DNA of 64,000 nucleotides from the human T2T-CHM13v2.0 reference genome, Homo sapiens, in assembly GCF_009914755.1 (NCBI RefSeq), contig NC_060927.1, one strand, 5' to 3'. Positions within the stretch are counted from its first letter, which is position 1; every line of letters starts with the position of its first letter. Made by a program: the position numbers and the translations under genes. Shown here piece after piece: positions 24,188-36,145 of the stretch. The notes below the pieces were generated by a model, which worked only from the letters and a program-made list of their open reading frames with translations, had not been told where the DNA came from and made no database searches.

Positions 24188-24882
24188 GTACAGGTGCATT
24201 TGAGTTTGTGGGGAGGGTGGACCTTAATTTTTTACAGCCATGTGAAAACATACTTCAGAACAACAGCATTGTTCATGTAATGTATACATGGCTTAAATGT
24301 ATACATGGCAGCGTAATGTATTATAGCAAAACAGACAAAGCAATAAACAAATGAAATGAATATGAGGTGAATGGATGGCTTAGCAATGAGGGATATGAGG
24401 TTGGAGGGAACGCATTTGTGCTAAATGGTAAGTGAAAAAATGCAAGACACAAAGTTACATAGTACCTACACATAGAATGATCTCAACCATTTAAGAAAAA
24501 AAAAAAAACACAGAAAAATGCCAAGAAGGACACACACCCTATGCTAACAGGGTTATTCTCTGAGAGGCATAACGAGAGCCCGTTTGTTTCTGCTTCCCTT
24601 CCCTTTCTGTAATTGCAAAAATGTTCTATAGTGGGCATGTGTTATTCTGGTAATCAGAAGAAAAGCTAAAGATATATAAAGAAAAAATATAGCTGCATCT
24701 TTATATATATAAAAGTTAGGTCTCATTCAGCAATATTACTCTAAGCTCTCAGGAAACTTTTAAGTTGTTATTTCCAACAACTTCATTATTGGGAAGGTTT
24801 TTCAGTGAAAGAGGAGTAATTTGAATTATCTACCAAAGAGAAACACTTAGTTATGCTGAAAGCTATAGTATATGCTGGTGGC

Positions 24883-24906
24883 GGGGGTCGGGGGGGCGGG
24901 GAAGGG
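24883..24906 (+). other. G-quadruplex-forming motif
   Basis: gggggtcgggggggcggggaaggg has four G-tracts with short loops. Confidence 0.65.
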
Positions 24907-27254
24907 AAAGAAGGAAACTGGGAAAGGAACAAGGGAGGGAGGGAAGAAAACCTCCCTTTTGTTACTCCGAGGGACGGGGGAAATATAAATTTCAGAAGTG
25001 TCCTTTGCTGCCTCTTCCAAGAGAATATATTCAACTCTCCCCTCCCCCTCCAAAAGCCACTGCTAATGATGTGCTGGTGCCTCTGGTCCTAAGTCCCTGA
25101 GGAGCTGCTGTTATAATAATCCTAATTACCTATTGCCTTAAACCACCCTGGTCCCTAGTGAAGGGGGTACTCAAGAGACAGCCCTTCTTAGCTCATAAAA
25201 AATAGATGATGTTTTACCACCTGTCCAGGCAGGGCAGTTTCCTGGTCACAGGCCAACATGCATTAGGTTGTATGATTGTCCCTCTTCCCCTGTTCTCATT
25301 TGTGGCTAAAATCAGAGAGAAATAAAGAAGAGCCTCTGACCTCAGTGGTTGCAGGCCATGACCAAGTGTCTGGATTTGCTACGTCTGACACCAGCATACA
25401 GGCAATGCAGGGAAGAGCAATTATCTGGGTTCACATTTCATCTTCTGTTTATGAGAGGTACAGGCAGAGCACATAGCCAAGTGTCCAAGGGCTATTATAA
25501 GTGCCTTTAAATTTTTACTCCTATTGTTGTTGGAATGGTCATTACTATGGATATCTTAAACAAGTAGGATAATGGCATTTGCCCCCAGGCCTCAGTGACC
25601 GGCTTCAGCATCATCTGCTGCCCCCATTGACATTCTCTTTATGCTGTCAATACCAAAGACAGGAGATTCCCCCAACATGCACACATACACGCCTCCCTCA
25701 CACTCTGTTAGTTCACACCTTTGCTCTGCTCTCTGGCTGGAAGGTCCCTTTCCTTCCCTATCCCTTGATTCCTGGCAAATATCCCTGCCTTCAGCACCTC
25801 CCCAAGAAGGCTGTTCCACCACCACCATTCTGACACTTCCAACTGCTGGTGCTTCCCTCAGCACACATTTTTTAGCCCTTGGTGGTGATTTCCTGTTTAT
25901 TAAACCAGACCAGGAGACCCCGAGGGCTCATCCATGGCCGATTTGCCTCTGGGTCCCTGAACCCAGCACGCTCCCTTGTACACAGTGGGAATCAAGGAAC
26001 CTGCAGATGGAAGATAATACCCATGGTGAGAGAGAACCATGAGAAAATGGCAGCCGTGACACACTCCCTACCTCAGGGAGCTCTCAGTCAGCCACAGCGG
26101 GAGGTAGGAACAAGGACGATATGACCAGACCTGACAAGAAGCCGGCAAAAAACCTGGAAACTGTGGGAAGGCCATTGAAATAAAGATGCACATACAGCAT
26201 TGCTAATTATAGACCCTGTCTTAAGCGTATGTTATTGTGCTTTTAGATTTTGCTGATTATACACGAAACCATTGTGATTGACAAGCATTTAAAAATTAAG
26301 ATAAAGAAATTATTTATAATAATATATAATATATACCTAGTGAGAGCAAATATATTTTTGATATCATTTAAAAACTTAAAAGATAATTATTTAAAATAAT
26401 CCATCTTTAGTGAATTTTTTAAATTTCTGTTTTAATAAATGTTTTATAACACACAAAGTATATTTAGTACACTTTATAAATAAATAAATATACTTATTTA
26501 AATTATCTCTCTTCACAAGTTTTTCAATAAAGGAGTGCAAGATCAAAGCCACTTGAAGACAACTAGCCTATCATCAGTGAGATGGGGATAGTAATAGTAC
26601 CCCCTTTTAATGTCTATTAGGATTATATTTGCACATGACTGGCACATAGCACATACTTCATAAATACCAGTCGCCTTCTTAAGATGGGATTTTAATTTAG
26701 GACTGCCGAACTCTGCCCAGCATTCAAATACTCAGACATTTCTTTGGGAAATTTGGAGTCATACAATTAGGCAAGGACAACTTGACTGACCAACTTGCTA
26801 ATGTGCTCCCCTGGGAGTACATTAATTATATTAATTTATCAAATATTGATTATTGGTTATATCATATTGACTTGATTATTAATGATTCAGCTCCATTTGA
26901 GCAAGGTTTATTAATAACGATTCCATGCTAGCTCCTGGGTTAGACATTAAGGATTCAATCATAAAAAGATAGTGTTTCTGCCCTTCAGGATCTCAGGTGG
27001 TCAGGGAGACTACGATCACATGGAGAAAGCTATGAGAGCATGGTGGAAGGCCACTTACCTCTACCCAAATGAGAGCTATTGCTTATTGAGCACCTACAAT
27101 GTGCACTGGACACTGTTTTCAACCATCCCAAGACCCTTGCCTGCCTTATAGATGAGGAAACTGAGTGGTAGGTAGTTCCTCTAACACTATGCAGCTTCTC
27201 AGTGGCAGAGCTGGTATTCAAATCACACCTTTTGGCTACAGTATTCCTGCTGTT

Positions 27255-27295
27255 CCCACTAATTCATGCTACTAATTCATCCCACTAATTCATCC
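27255..27295. repeat. 13 bp minisatellite, 3 copies
   Basis: cccactaattcat gctactaattcat cccactaattcat. Confidence 0.9.
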
Positions 27296-27466
27296 TCAGG
27301 GATGCCTGGACATCTGAGCGGTGGATGTGGTATTTGGGATCACACAGACTCTGCTCCTGACCCAGCCTTAACCTGGGGTGCAATAACAGAGGAGGAAGGT
27401 GATTAGCAAGGGCTGTTTTCTGAGCTGTCCTTCATGCCTGCATTTCCCATGTCTGTCTTCCTACAG

Positions 27467-27637
27467 ACCCCAAATCAGAAGTCTTAGAGGAAATGCTTCA
27501 TAACTTAGATTTCTGTGACATTTTGGTGATCGGAGGGGACTTGGACCCAAGGCAGGAGTGCTTGGAGCTCAACCACAGTGAGCTCCACCAACGACACCTG
27601 GATGCCACTAATTCTACTGCAGGCTACTCCATCTACG
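27467..27637 (+). CDS. CLSTN2: Calsyntenin-2 coding exon (probably exon 13), 171 bp, (D)PKSEVLEEMLHNLDFCD...GYSIY
   Basis: Acceptor tcttcctacag|AC and donor ACG|gtaagg. Overlaps ORF 27493..27711. In frame with both neighbours. Confidence 0.95.
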
Positions 27638-28139
27638 GTAAGGCCACACTCAGCCCCCTTTGCCCCAAGGGTGTCCTCTTAGAATGTCCTTGTCCAGGGA
27701 GACATGAGTGAGATTGCACCTGTGAAGGAGCACTGTGAAGCCCCAGGGACCAGTTGGAGATCCTTGGCCTCAAGCATGGATTTCTAGACCCTCCTTTGGC
27801 AAGTTACTCCAGCATCTTGGGGACCAGTCCCACATTCCCACTCCTGGGGAGTTCTTTTGTAGAAGCTAGGTGGATGCCTTCTCTTACAATGTTTGATCTC
27901 AACAAATGTCACAGAAACATCTGGAAGATTAAGGCAGTCTGTATGGAAAGCTTGTGCATCAATGTAATTTTGGCTCCTTAGAACTTCTGCACATTGTCTG
28001 CCCAAAATATCTTGAGCTCTTACCCTCAACAAATTTACAAGACCCATGAGGTCTTGTACCACAAGCCCTGGCTTGTCTCCTCTCTTCTCTTCCTCCTCCT
28101 TTTCTGCCTTCTGATGACAGGTGTGGTCTCTTGGCACAG

Positions 28140-28285
28140 GTGTGGGCTCCATGAGCCGCTATGAGCAGGTGCTACATCACATCCGCTACCGCAACTGGCG
28201 TCCGGCTTCTCTTGAGGCCCGGCGTTTCCGGATTAAGTGCTCAGAACTCAATGGGCGCTACACTAGCAATGAGTTCAACTTGGAG
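28140..28285 (+). CDS. CLSTN2: Calsyntenin-2 coding exon (probably exon 14), 146 bp, (G)VGSMSRYEQVLHHIRYRNW...YTSNEFNLE
   Basis: Acceptor ttggcacag|GT and donor GAG|gtgagt. Contains the calsyntenin-typical CSELNGRY.SNEF motif. Confidence 0.95.
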
Positions 28286-28408
28286 GTGAGTGGGTCCTGC
28301 CATTGTTAGGGAAGCCAAGGCTCACCCATTCCCTCATTCATTCAGAAATGCTGTAACTGGCCCACCTGCCACTCCTGGGTCAATAGCACCTCTCCCCACT
28401 CTTCCCAG

Positions 28409-28532
28409 GTCAGCATCCTTCATGAAGACCAAGTCTCAGATAAGGAGCATGTCAATCATCTGATTGTGCAGCCTCCCTTCCTCCAGTCTGTCCATCATCC
28501 TGAGTCCCGGAGTAGCATCCAGCACAGTTCAG
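28409..28532 (+). CDS. CLSTN2: Calsyntenin-2 coding exon (probably exon 15), 124 bp, VSILHEDQVSDKEH...RSSIQHSS
   Basis: Acceptor ctcttcccag|GTC and donor TCAG|gtaggg. The open frame bridges the exons on either side (juxtamembrane stalk). Confidence 0.93.
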
Positions 28533-29009
28533 GTAGGGTGCCCAAGAGGAGGGACCCTCAGGACACAGGTGGTCATTGTGACTCAAGATTATCTACTCAA
28601 CAGACGGTTATGTTGTAGCAAACGTAGGTGCCCAGAACTGAGGGAGGGAACCCAGCAATGGAGAAAATGTGCCCTGGCTTTGAGATACTCACACCCTCAA
28701 TAGGCAGTCGATAAGTAAACAAGAAATTACGCAACACACATAATAGCAGAGGTCAGTACAAAGGGCTGGGACAAAATTTCAGGCCCAACTCAAAACAATG
28801 TCCTGTATGAAGCTTTCCATGAGCCCTTTACACACACTCACACACACGTACACACCATATTGCAACGTCCTCTGCCCAAATTTCTATTTGAGCACTTGCC
28901 ATATTGTGTTACCATCTGGTGGGCACTTGTATCTGTTTCTACTAAACTCTACAGTGCTTGGCTCTGTGGAAGTTTCTTTATAATTTGAGGGGTAAAGCCA
29001 GGAATAAAA

Positions 29010-29200
29010 GAGAATTTGCATTTAATGAACACCTATACTGTGCCTATGTGGAAACTCACAGATTATTTAATTTACACCTAACTATTACTCATAGGATAGG
29101 AATTATTATGTCCATTATAGAGGTGATGAAAGTGAAGCCCAGACAGGGTAAGGTACTGCTCTAGAGTTCTACAGCTGGGAAGTGGTAGGGCAGACTTTAT
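29010..29200 (-). mobile_element. MIR SINE
   Basis: catttaatgaacacctatactgtgcc...tccattatagaggtgatgaaagtgaagcccagacagggtaagg. Confidence 0.6.
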
Positions 29201-29289
29201 CCTATGCACGGATGTTTCATTCATGCTCCCTCACAAGAATGAGCTAGGCCTTTGTTCACCATGTCATGCGAGTTTTTTCCTTGTTCCAG

Positions 29290-29474
29290 TGGTCCCAAGC
29301 ATTGCCACAGTGGTCATCATCATCTCCGTGTGCATGCTTGTGTTTGTTGTGGCCATGGGTGTGTACCGGGTCCGGATCGCCCACCAGCACTTCATCCAGG
29401 AGACTGAGGCTGCCAAGGAATCTGAGATGGACTGGGACGATTCTGCGCTGACTATCACAGTCAACCCCATGGAG
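29290..29474 (+). CDS. CLSTN2: Calsyntenin-2 coding exon (probably exon 16), 185 bp: TM helix, first W-acidic motif (EMDWDDS) and NP motif (TVNPME)
   Basis: Acceptor ttgttccag|TG and donor GAG|gtgatc. Hydrophobic IATVVIIISVCMLVFVVAMGVY helix seen in ORF 29223..29594. Confidence 0.96.
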
Positions 29475-29929
29475 GTGATCCTCATGCACGGCTGGGAGTT
29501 CTGGGTGGGGTGCTTCTCCCTCTACCCAGCTCAACCCTTCCTATGCCTAAAGCAGCCCCATACCCCCTCCTTCTGGAAGCCCTGCCCCATCTAGTCCAGC
29601 TCCACTGATTCTTCCTGTCTCTGAGCTCCTCTAGCCCTCTCAGCCTGAACAGATCATACCTTCCCACCAACTACATTCTCTGATTTAAAATGTATTAATT
29701 GCTCTTACCCCACAAACAGAACCAGAAATTTTGTTAAAGCAAGCAAACACCACGAGGTGGCTAAGCCTTGCTTCCCCCATAGTATTTAGCTCAGAGCTAA
29801 CTAACACTTAGGGACTCAGTATTGAAGTTTTGAGTAACTAACAGTGCAAATTAGATGGCTTTGCTCTACACTGCCTGAAGAGTTCACTCAAAGGCTTGGA
29901 ACAGATTAAAAGAAAAATATAGCAGCAAC

Positions 29930-30150
29930 GCCTGCCATTTATTGAGCCCCCATTATGCCAGATACTGTATAGAGTGCTCTATATACACCACCTCATTTAA
30001 TCTTCCAACAGCCAATAAAATAGGAGTTATCATCTTCATTTACCAAGGTGGAAACCAACTAAGAAAAGAAGTAACATACTCAAATTAACACAGCCAATAG
30101 TCAAATTTAAGGTTATCTGATTCTGAAGTCTGTATCTTTCCAGTTAGCCA
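29930..30150 (-). mobile_element. MIR SINE
   Basis: ccatttattgagcccccattatgccagatactgt...ctcatttaatcttccaacagcc. Confidence 0.65.
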
Positions 30151-31381
30151 ACAGCCCCCAGAATCTATCCATGAGTGTCAAAGGAAGCCCTCTACATCAT
30201 GCCCTTTGCCCATGGGTTCTGGTTGATGATAGACACAGGCTTAGAAAAGGTAGGGGAAGATGATTACCCCAGCCTGGTCCCCAGTTTCCACCTCGGCTAG
30301 CCTCACACTCCAATTCCAAAGCCAGTGTGCTGATGTGGCTCAGTTCCTCCAAGCATGTGCTGTAGGTAAAATGCTGAGCTCAGTGCTATACAGACTCCAG
30401 AATTTCCACCTTCAAAGAGCTGAGCCTTGAGTGTAGAAAACAAGACCACTATACCTGGAGCAGTGTGAGGACAAGGCAAGAGTGTGCCTAACAAGGGCCA
30501 ACCTTGTGATGTCAAAAGTCAATGACCTTGAGGAGGAAAAGCCTTCAGGACTGCAACAATCAGGGAAGATTCCTTGGAGGAGGTTGGCCTAGGGGAGACC
30601 TTGAAGAGTGGGTAGGATTTGGGGTAAGGTAGAAGGTAGGAGGTAAAAGACAATTCCTAAGAAGTGTAAGGGGAGGGGTTGGGTAGCCAAGCAAGGAGAA
30701 ACAACTTTTATGACCTGGTTCATCAATGCAGAACATAAATCCAGAAATGAAATTTTGCTGGAATTATCCAAAAGCTGGAGGGAGGGGGAATTGGACTGGA
30801 AAGGAAGGGGTACAGCCTGAGGACACAAGTCAGGGGGTGAGCAGCAAGCATGGAAAGTGAGGACCAATAAATTTGTCCTTTCCAAAGGAATATTTTTGAG
30901 GGGAAGCATACCTGAGTCTTTGCTTAGAATGCCTTCTGCTCCCAGGGACATTGCATGCACACTTGGAAAAGAGACACAAGATCAAATGTCATCCTCTCAC
31001 TGAGAAGCAAACACTAAGGCTTGGACAGCTCCATTTAAATAAGCTCCAGAAATGCCTGAAAACAAGCCTTGGCCTGAAAGGTTCAGTAAATGATGGATAG
31101 GATTGGCTAAAATGTCCAGCCCATCATTTATACCCAACAGTCTACCTTGAGTTCATGCCTTGGAATTTGCTATTTCAGGCTTTTGCCTTGAACCTTCTAG
31201 CTTCCTTTTTACCAGAAGACTTCCCTTCCAGGAAGTCTGTCTCCAGGCTGAAGAGTTTTGCACTAAAAGAAGAAATTCCAAGGGGCCGTAAATGTTTCCT
31301 TAATGGATGGAGAGACATAAGCTCCAAAATGGCCTCTGTTCAGCCCCTGATGAGCATTTGCTTTTTCTCCTTGATATCCAG

Positions 31382-31582
31382 AAACATGAAGGACCAGGGC
31401 ATGGGGAAGATGAGACTGAGGGAGAAGAGGAGGAAGAAGCCGAGGAAGAAATGAGCTCCAGCAGTGGCTCTGACGACAGCGAAGAGGAGGAGGAGGAGGA
31501 AGGGATGGGCAGAGGCAGACATGGGCAGAATGGAGCCAGGCAAGCCCAGCTGGAGTGGGATGACTCCACCCTCCCCTACTAG
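31382..31582 (+). CDS. CLSTN2: Calsyntenin-2 terminal coding exon (probably exon 17): acidic tract and second W-acidic motif, ends LEWDDSTLPY*
   Basis: Acceptor ttgatatccag|AAA and TAG at 31580-31582. C-terminus characteristic of calsyntenins; GAG/GAA repeats encode poly-Glu. Confidence 0.97.
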   Translation, partial: KHEGPGHGEDETEGEEEEEAEEEMSSSSGSDDSEEEEEEEGMGRGRHGQNGARQAQLEWDDSTLPY

Positions 31583-32131
31583 TGCCCAGGGGTCTGCTGC
31601 CCGGCCCACATGTCCCTTTTGTAAACCCTGACCCAGTGTATGCCCATGTCTATCATACCTCACCTCTGATGTCTGTGACATGTCTGGGAAGGCCTTCTCC
31701 AGCTTCCTGGAGCCCACCCTTTAAGCCTTGGGCACTCCCTGTGTTTCATCCATGGGGAAGTTCCAAGAAGCCCAGCATGGCCATCAGTGAGGACTTCAGG
31801 GTAGACTTTGTCCTGTAGCCCCCACTTCTGCCCTAAGTTCCCCAGCATCCTGACTACCTGTCTGCAGAGTTTGCCTTTGTTTTTTCCTGCAGGGAAGAAG
31901 GCCCACCTTTGTGTCACTCACCTCCCCAGGCTCAGAGTCCCCAAGGCCCTGGGGTTCCAACTCACTGTGCGTCTCCTCCACACAGACCAGCAGGTTCTCC
32001 TATGCTGACTCCAGGTTGCTTCATACAAGGAGGGTGGTTGAACTTCACACACGTAAGGTCTTAGTGCTTAACAGTTTAAAGGAAAGTCCTTGTTGAGGCA
32101 GAACTAAGTTTACAGGGAAAGGTACACACAT

Positions 32132-32156
32132 TCTCTCTCTCTCTCTCTCTCTCTCT
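32132..32156. repeat. (TC)12 microsatellite in 3' UTR
   Basis: Direct reading of the sequence. Confidence 0.95.
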
Positions 32157-32398
32157 GTCTATCTAGTTCCCCAGCTTGGAGAGCCTTTCCCCTTGCTTCT
32201 TTCTGAGGCCATATAAGCTTATAAGAAAAGTCCCAAACCAAGAATAGGTCCTTGGCCACAAGCAGGGTCTGATCCCCCATCAGAGCTATCTGAGCCTGCC
32301 TGTCTGGGCACCTGCTGCAACCATGCAGCTACCCTGCCAGGGGCACTCAGCAAACAGAACCACAGGGCCCAGGAGGCATTCCACACAGGCACTGCCCC

Positions 32399-32476
32399 AG
32401 GACAACACAACAAGGACAGTCACAACAAGGACAACAAGGACACAACACAACACACAACAAGGACAGTCACAACAAG
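32399..32476 (+). repeat. A/C-rich compound repeat (AAGGACA / CAACA units) in 3' UTR
   Basis: Five GGACA copies. A 25-mer is repeated exactly at 32405-32429 and 32452-32476. Confidence 0.9.
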
Positions 32477-33618
32477 CCTAGAGCCAGAAAGCAGATGGAA
32501 ATGCTAATGAGGTCAAACGTAGGCTTCATGGTGGGTGGAGTGGGGGTGGCTGGGCTCCCCCAGGACAGAGGGGACCCTGAGGTTGGCAAGGCTCTCACCA
32601 CTCAGCCTTATGGTCCCTTATCTCCTATCTTCCCTCTTGAGAAAATACACGCTTTCTGCATGTATTAGAAACGCACGAGCTCCACCAAGTCTACAATGAA
32701 AGTTTGAAATTTAACTGCAAGGAATTAGAAGCATATTTGCAATCATTGCAGCTTCTTCTTTCTTCTGCTCATAAAAGGAGGAACACTTTAGATAGAGGGC
32801 AAATATATCTGAAAACCTAATTTCTTTCTTTTTTTGATAAGGAAATCTTTTCCATCTCCATCCTAACATGCACAACCTGTGAAGAGAATTGTTTCTATAG
32901 TAACTGGTCTGTGATCTTTTGTGGCCAAGAGAATAGCAGGCAAGAATTAGGGCCTTGACAGAATTTCCACGAAGCTCTGAGAACATGTTTGTTTCGAATG
33001 TCTGATTCCTCTTTGTCATCAATGTGTATGCTCTGTCCCCATCCTTCACTCCTCCTCAAGCTCACACCAATTGGTTTGGCACAGGCACAGAGCTGGTCCC
33101 TAGTTAAGTGGCATTTATGTTAAAAAAAAATAGTTCAGAATCTCAGCCTTTTCTTTGTGTCATCAAAACAGCTTAAGAAGGGGACTACTGCCAATGTCCT
33201 CTAGTCTGACCTCCACCCAGGGAGGACCCATGGCAGGTCTTTTCAACTTTCTGATTCATGAGAACAACCTTGTGAAGCTTTTCCCACCTCCTAAAGTGTT
33301 TTCTGCATCTGTTCCTTCCTTTGGACCTCACAACAAATCCTGTGAAGTAACTGAGACATCTGTTGTTAGATACATTTTTGTGATGAGTAAACTGAGGCTT
33401 CGTGATTCAATGTCTTGTTCAGAGTCATTCAAAAGTATAGACAAGACCAGTCTCCCCAACTTCCACTCCTGGTGCAGGATTCTACTTATGTTCATAGGTA
33501 TGCACCTAACAGACACTGCTGCAAACCTACTATGTGCTAAGCATCCTACCAATAGCTGTGAGAAAAAGAAAAGCTGAATAAGATAAGCTCCTTCCCTACA
33601 TTATATTTGCAGACGGGA

Positions 33619-33896
33619 AATAAACAGGCCTAGAAATTACACAAGAGACAAATGAAGAGGAAGAGAAGTCACAAGAGAAGAAGGATGCGGTCACAAACTT
33701 AACCAGTGCTCTTATTTTTCCCTTCTCAGGGAAAAACACCAGAAGAAGCTGGGGTTTTATATTCATTGGATGGAAACAGATATTTCTCCTGGGAATTCTC
33801 CCAACCAAATAGCCCTTTTCTATTAGGCTGTGTCTGTACATCCACAAGAGGAAAGTCTATAGGACTGATTAGTTTTCACAATCCCATTTAAATAAA
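33619..33896 (+). terminator. Candidate proximal poly(A) signals (AATAAA at 33619 and 33891)
   Basis: Hexamers seen in sequence. Usage not shown. The second runs into an A-tract prone to internal priming. Confidence 0.3.
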
Positions 33897-34918
33897 AAAA
33901 AGATCTTTAGTTGGGCATTTAGGAGCAACTGAATTCTCCCAAAATTGTGGCAGCAAAAAGAACACTTCATATGCTTAAAACCCATTCTTTTTGAATTAGA
34001 TTTTGATTTTAAATATTTAAGTCTGGTGTTTGTGAGAACACTTTTCTCTTTGCTCAGTCTTTTCGATCTGGTTGGGTAGGGAAGGTGTTCCTCATGCTCT
34101 CTGGGTGGCTGCCTTATTCATAGTTGAGAGAGCTGTTAGGTAAAATCTTTATATGTGTTGGGGTTTTTTTGGTAGGGGGGGTAGCAGGTAAAGGTGGCCC
34201 ATGGCTAGGGCAGCAAAGATGAATAATTTGAGGAAGCATTTGGTTGGTGGACTCATTTGCAGAGAAACAGTGGTGACAACAAATCAGAGCTGTTTCCCTC
34301 AACTCTGGCTATAAGAGGTCATTCTCTGCATGTCAGCTACAAAGATCAGGCACTTGAATGAATCCGCTGGGTTGGCAGGCATTGGTCATCTTCGCAACAC
34401 CCTCTTCCTCACCATGGATGAGAACAAGATGGGAGTGGTTATATCCCAGTAACAGAAGCTTTGGGAGGTATCCAGGTGAGCAGGGTAATGTGGCTTGCCC
34501 TCCCCCAGATATTCTGATCCCAAGAAAAAGGTGTCATTAATCAGTCTGGCATTTTCCACCCTCCATATGCTGGCATCCAGGAACCAAAACCCCTGAAGGC
34601 CTAGACACCCTATGACCTCTCACTGAGATGTTGGCAGCCAGGCAGATGCAGGCTCATGTCCAGGAGGAACTGCTGACTGGTTTGGCCACAGCCCAGTTCA
34701 TTGCTTGTCTTGCCAAGTGGACAACCAGATTCTGCCTTCCTGAGCTTGAAAATAGGCTACAACTCTCAGGTGATTCAGATGACATGGAGGAGAAGTTGGA
34801 GGAGAAGATTGAAATGCTTAAATCCCAGTGCAGAATGAGTTGCTTCAGTGGAGTAAAGCAACCGGCTAGTTGGTAGCCTGCCTTAAAAAATACTAAACAT
34901 ATATCATCATACATTTGA

Positions 34919-35310
<392 letters not shown>

Positions 35311-35464
35311 CTCATTACCACTTTCTTGAATTTACTCAATCATCCTATCAAGCAGGGTTTAGACCAACATCTTTGCATTTAATAAGGGCTCTACTTTGTA
35401 TACATGGACCATCCAGTGAGAGAGCTGGGGGTGGTGAGAAGCAATGTCCCCCATTCCTATATGT

Positions 35465-36145
35465 CAGGTGTCAGCAAACTATCTGTAAAGAGGCAAATAG
35501 TAAATATTTTGGGCTTTGTGAGCCATTTGGTACCTGTCACAGAATAGTCAGCCCTCCATATCTGAGGTTTCCAAATCCATGGATTCAACCAACCTTGAAT
35601 CAAAAATATTTGGGAAAAAATGTATAGTTGCAACTGACCTGAACATATTCTTTTTTTCATTATTATTCCTTGAACAATACAGTTTAACAGCATTTACATA
35701 GCATTTACACTGTATTAGGTATTATAAGTAACCTAGAGATGATTTGAAGAACACAGGAAGTTGTGCATAGGCTATATGCAAATACTATGCATTTTATATA
35801 AAGGAATTGAACATCTGTGGATTTTGGTGTCCGAGGGGAGTTCTGGAACCAATCCCCTACAGATACTGAGGGATGACTGTACTCAGCTCTCCTATTGTAG
35901 CATGAAAACAGACAATACGTACAACAAATGAATGTTTCAATACAACTTTATCTAGTTTCCATAAAACAATTTAAAAACACTAAAAAAGCAGGCAGTTTGG
36001 ATTTATGTAATTTTCATATCTTTTTTTACCCTTTTGATTTACATTTTTAATAATTTAAAAATATAAAAACCTTCCTCAGCCCACAGGCCATACGAAAATT
36101 AGCAGCCAGCTAGATTTGGCCCAAGGCCAAAGTTTGGCAACCCGT
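35465..36145 (+). mobile_element. MER58 (hAT-Charlie) element interrupted by MER2
   Basis: Starts caggtgtcagcaaact...ctgtaaagaggcaaatagtaaatattttgggctttg. Resumes after 35879 and ends gatttggcccaaggccaaagtttggcaaccc. Confidence 0.8.
35545..35879 (-). mobile_element. MER2 (TcMar-Tigger MITE)
   Basis: TIRs tagtcagccctccatatc / gatactgagggatgactg followed by TA. Body matches MER2 (ctggaaccaatcccc, ctatatgcaaatactatgcattttatataa). Confidence 0.88.

Noticed and set aside
32331-32348. CTCF-like ctgccaggggcact
   Set aside because: One G short of the core spacing.
33122-33130. Apparent transcript end at an A-run in the 3' UTR
   Set aside because: A genomic A-tract without a canonical upstream hexamer; more likely an oligo-dT internal priming site.
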